IMG/VR virus record: IMGVR_UViG_3300023179_000123
Span: 1-58,516 of that record
From: a virus
Taxonomy: Duplodnaviria; Caudoviricetes
DNA length: 58,516 nucleotides
Reading direction: 5' to 3' (one strand)
Shown: positions 56,272-58,516 of the stretch, piece after piece
Position numbering within the stretch: position 1 is the stretch's first letter
Layout: every line of letters begins with the position of its first letter
The notes under the pieces: model-generated
The model's input: the letters and a program-made list of their open reading frames with translations, nothing else
Database searches by the model: none
What the model was told of the DNA's origin: nothing
Program-made: the position numbers and the translations under genes

Positions 56272-56543
56272 GCTACTTCCCTCATAGTTGCAGAATTGGT
56301 AATTGTTTCATATAGTGTTTCAAATTCTTCATGCTCTTCAATTTCAGCATTAAAATTTTGCTTATGATATACTTTTGCCATACGACGAAAAGTTTTCTTC
56401 GAAAGATTCTGCTCGTCGCAAATATTTTTAATTGCTTCTCGAATGAAATCTCTTTCTGCTTCAATACGAGTCATTGATCCACTAATTTCTTTCATGCAAT
56501 CAAGAATTGCTTTACGATCCGATGGACTTGATGGGATTGTCAT
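56268..56543 (-). CDS. DsbA-like double-stranded DNA-binding protein
   Basis: E.S.SMTRIEAERD.I...FRRMAKVYHKQNF..E..E...FE.LYE; near rnh as in T4. Confidence 0.65.
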   Translation of the reverse strand: MTIPSSPSDRKAILDCMKEISGSMTRIEAERDFIREAIKNICDEQNLSKKTFRRMAKVYHKQNFNAEIEEHEEFETLYETITNSATMREVA

Positions 56544-56557
56544 AATATACCTTTAAA

Positions 56558-56938
56558 TTAGCGACGCATACTTGCAAAGTCTTTTGCCTGTTCGTCGCTG
56601 AAGACAGGTTGCAGACAAGATTTATGAACAATAGAAACACCCAGTACCTTGTTGCCAGTATAAACAGGATTTTCTTTTTTAGCAGCAACAGACGCACCAC
56701 TGTCATGACTTTTGATATGAGATGTAGTATCTCTACCCGGAGGAATCTTAGGTAGACTAATTGATCTAGTGATGAAACGAGGGATCCCAGTTTTCTTGGT
56801 CTCAAGTTTTTTCTGCAACTGAGACCATTCAATTTCAAGTTCTAATGCTTTGCGTTTTGCCTCAGCAGAGGCAAACTTAATCTTACCTTTTTTCTTTCCA
56901 GTTGTGGAAAGCCAGGGACCAACTAGATGCATTGTCAT
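56558..56938 (-). CDS. Conserved basic hypothetical early protein
   Basis: AGGAG RBS; YTG..VLGVSIVHKSCLQPVFS...A.DFASMRR. Confidence 0.8.
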   Translation of the reverse strand: MTMHLVGPWLSTTGKKKGKIKFASAEAKRKALELEIEWSQLQKKLETKKTGIPRFITRSISLPKIPPGRDTTSHIKSHDSGASVAAKKENPVYTGNKVLGVSIVHKSCLQPVFSDEQAKDFASMRR

Positions 56939-56962
56939 AACAAACTCCTATCAATAACGATT

Positions 56963-56991
56963 ATTATATAGTAAACAGTATTACTTGTCAA
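56963..56991 (-). promoter_or_regulatory. Consensus sigma70-type early promoter
   Basis: TTGACA-17 nt-TATAAT. Confidence 0.9.
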
Positions 56992-57139
56992 ATGCCCTGT
57001 ATTTCATAAAACCTATTGATCTAGAATCATAAACTGGATCTTTAGGTATTATTCCAGAAATTGACCACTCACTTGGTTTAGGTAGGTCCCTTTTGGGTGG
57101 TCTAAAGTAGTCTATTATTTTTTGGAAGGGACCGAAGGC
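56981..57139 (-). CDS. 52-codon -1 frame extension of the 57115..57612 gene (predicted frameshift product)
   Basis: Open frame AFGPFQKIIDYFRPPKRDLPKPSEWSISGIIPKDPVYDSRSIGFMKYRAFDK* has no usable start and begins at A_AAA_AAG. Confidence 0.65.
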   Translation of the reverse strand, partial: AFGPFQKIIDYFRPPKRDLPKPSEWSISGIIPKDPVYDSRSIGFMKYRAFDK

Positions 57140-57145
57140 TTTTTT
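57063..57145 (-). promoter_or_regulatory. Predicted -1 ribosomal frameshift signal (slippery heptamer plus pseudoknot)
   Basis: A_AAA_AAG 57145-57139; stem GGTCCCTT/AAGGGACC; second stem GACCAC/GTGGTC. Confidence 0.7.
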
Positions 57146-57612
57146 GCTAGTTTTTTCTTTTCTTCAACTACAGGATTTTCTGTCGGTGGCGGCAGTAATC
57201 CGGGGAAAGCCTCAAAAACTAATTCATAACTAAGAGAGGAATACTTGGTTTCAAGTTTACGATCTTTTGCTAAGCACAATGCTTCAGCTTCTTGCCAATG
57301 AATACCCTCTAGTAATTGAACAAACAATTGTTCTTTACGAATCTTGGTCAAATTTACATCATCACGAGTCCAGATGTAAATTCTTCTAAATTCAGCATAC
57401 AAATTAGTTTCTGAATATCCGTATGGAATTTCTTTATCCTTTTTAAAAGGAGGTTCACCCTCAGGTAAATTTACTTTAGCAAGAGGGTGGTAATTAATCT
57501 CAAGAAGCCCCTTTAGAGGAAGGGACTCATACTTTCGCAATACTGCAATTTTATCTTGTTTGGTTTTTACTTTTTCAACTTCCTCAAATACTTGAGGTAC
57601 AAATGTTTTCAT
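57115..57612 (-). CDS. Conserved T4-like hypothetical protein
   Basis: LPEGEPPF...LYAEFRR.Y.W...RKEQLFVQLLEGIH..EA; TAATG-coupled to rnh. Confidence 0.85.
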   Translation of the reverse strand: MKTFVPQVFEEVEKVKTKQDKIAVLRKYESLPLKGLLEINYHPLAKVNLPEGEPPFKKDKEIPYGYSETNLYAEFRRIYIWTRDDVNLTKIRKEQLFVQLLEGIHWQEAEALCLAKDRKLETKYSSLSYELVFEAFPGLLPPPTENPVVEEKKKLAKKPSVPSKK

Positions 57613-58502
57613 TAAAAATCTCCAATAACATCCATCATGTTCTTCATTTTGTTCATGATGAAATAGTTAAGCAAATGGCTTCTATCTTTTGATGGTTGAT
57701 CCACAAAGTTATTTATAATAGCTTCTTTTACATTTGATGGAATCATTGTAAAATCTACAAGTTGCTTATTTCTGTTATAGTTTTTAATAAAAATGTCATC
57801 TGTAGGCATTGAGGATGGATTATCTAACCACGACGATAACCTTTTTGAGGAAATTGGCTTTTGTCGTTCCCCAGCAACGATTGAGTCGTCTCCGGATAAG
57901 ACATTTGGGACTCCATCACCTTTATCGCCCCGGATTGTATGTTCCAATACATATCTCTCCGGCGTTGTGTCAGCTTTAACATATTTCTTTTGAATCGAAG
58001 AGAATTGTTTGACATTCTTGTACCTCTGCAATTGAATGAAATCATGATCGCCAGAAATAATCAAAAATGGTTTTGGATCTCCATCAGCAAAAGGTGAAGC
58101 GTTTACTAGATCATTTGTCTGAGACCACTCTGCAAGAACAGCAATGACATCATCAGCTTCTGCTCCGTCGACATTTACAACTCTGTATGGAAATACTGCA
58201 GCAATTTCATCTCTAATAGTAGACAAGGTCTCAAAGATCATCTTCCAGTCATAACCAGATTCTTCTCTTGCCTTTTTTCGCATTGCTTTGTAGTATGGAA
58301 AAACATCTCGGCGCCAGTAATTACGATTATCGCAAGCAATGACAATATTGCCAAATTCTTGACCGAATTTGACCTTGTAACTTCTAATCGAATTGATAAT
58401 CATATGTCGAATCAAACCAACATTGATCTCTACATCTGTTCTGCCGCCAAGTTCCATCATTAGATTGGAAATAGCGGTTTGATTGTAATCAACTACTATC
58501 AC
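57612..58502 (-). CDS. rnh: T4-type RNase H / 5'-3' exonuclease
   Basis: IVVDYNQ, YWRRDVFPYYKA.R, AEADDVI, ISGDHDFIQLQ, GDKGDGVPN. Confidence 0.95.
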   Translation of the reverse strand: MIVVDYNQTAISNLMMELGGRTDVEINVGLIRHMIINSIRSYKVKFGQEFGNIVIACDNRNYWRRDVFPYYKAMRKKAREESGYDWKMIFETLSTIRDEIAAVFPYRVVNVDGAEADDVIAVLAEWSQTNDLVNASPFADGDPKPFLIISGDHDFIQLQRYKNVKQFSSIQKKYVKADTTPERYVLEHTIRGDKGDGVPNVLSGDDSIVAGERQKPISSKRLSSWLDNPSSMPTDDIFIKNYNRNKQLVDFTMIPSNVKEAIINNFVDQPSKDRSHLLNYFIMNKMKNMMDVIGDF

Positions 58503-58516
58503 TTTCTTTAGCCTCA

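Overview
AT-rich segment of a T4-like myophage genome. The host is probably a freshwater betaproteobacterium, inferred from the IscU/ErpA sequences. 1-40250 (minus strand): late module of tail fibres/adhesins and baseplate genes (48, 53, 27-like, split 5, PAAR, 25, 6, 7-like, 8, DUF4815-like pair). 40293-44631 (plus): genes 4, 2, 54-like, 26, 51 and the tape measure. 44664-58502 (minus): replication and accessory genes (32, 59, 33, SleB-like hydrolase, exonuclease, GH19 endolysin, iscU, erpA, phoH, DenV-like, ligase, dsbA-like, rnh). The main observations go beyond the ORF track: (1) a circularly permuted tmRNA with tag ANDDYFYQDLKLAA, plus a small ArfA-like early gene; (2) two candidate -1 ribosomal frameshifts, one at A_AAA_AAG with a pseudoknot next to rnh and one joining gp26 to gp51 in the lambda G/GT position; (3) four S-layer-type DUF4214-like modules inserted into baseplate and tail-tip proteins; (4) a genetically split gp5 carrying two different peptidoglycan hydrolases, and an Asp-rich PAAR tip. 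Family calls come from motif recognition and synteny only; no database search was run.
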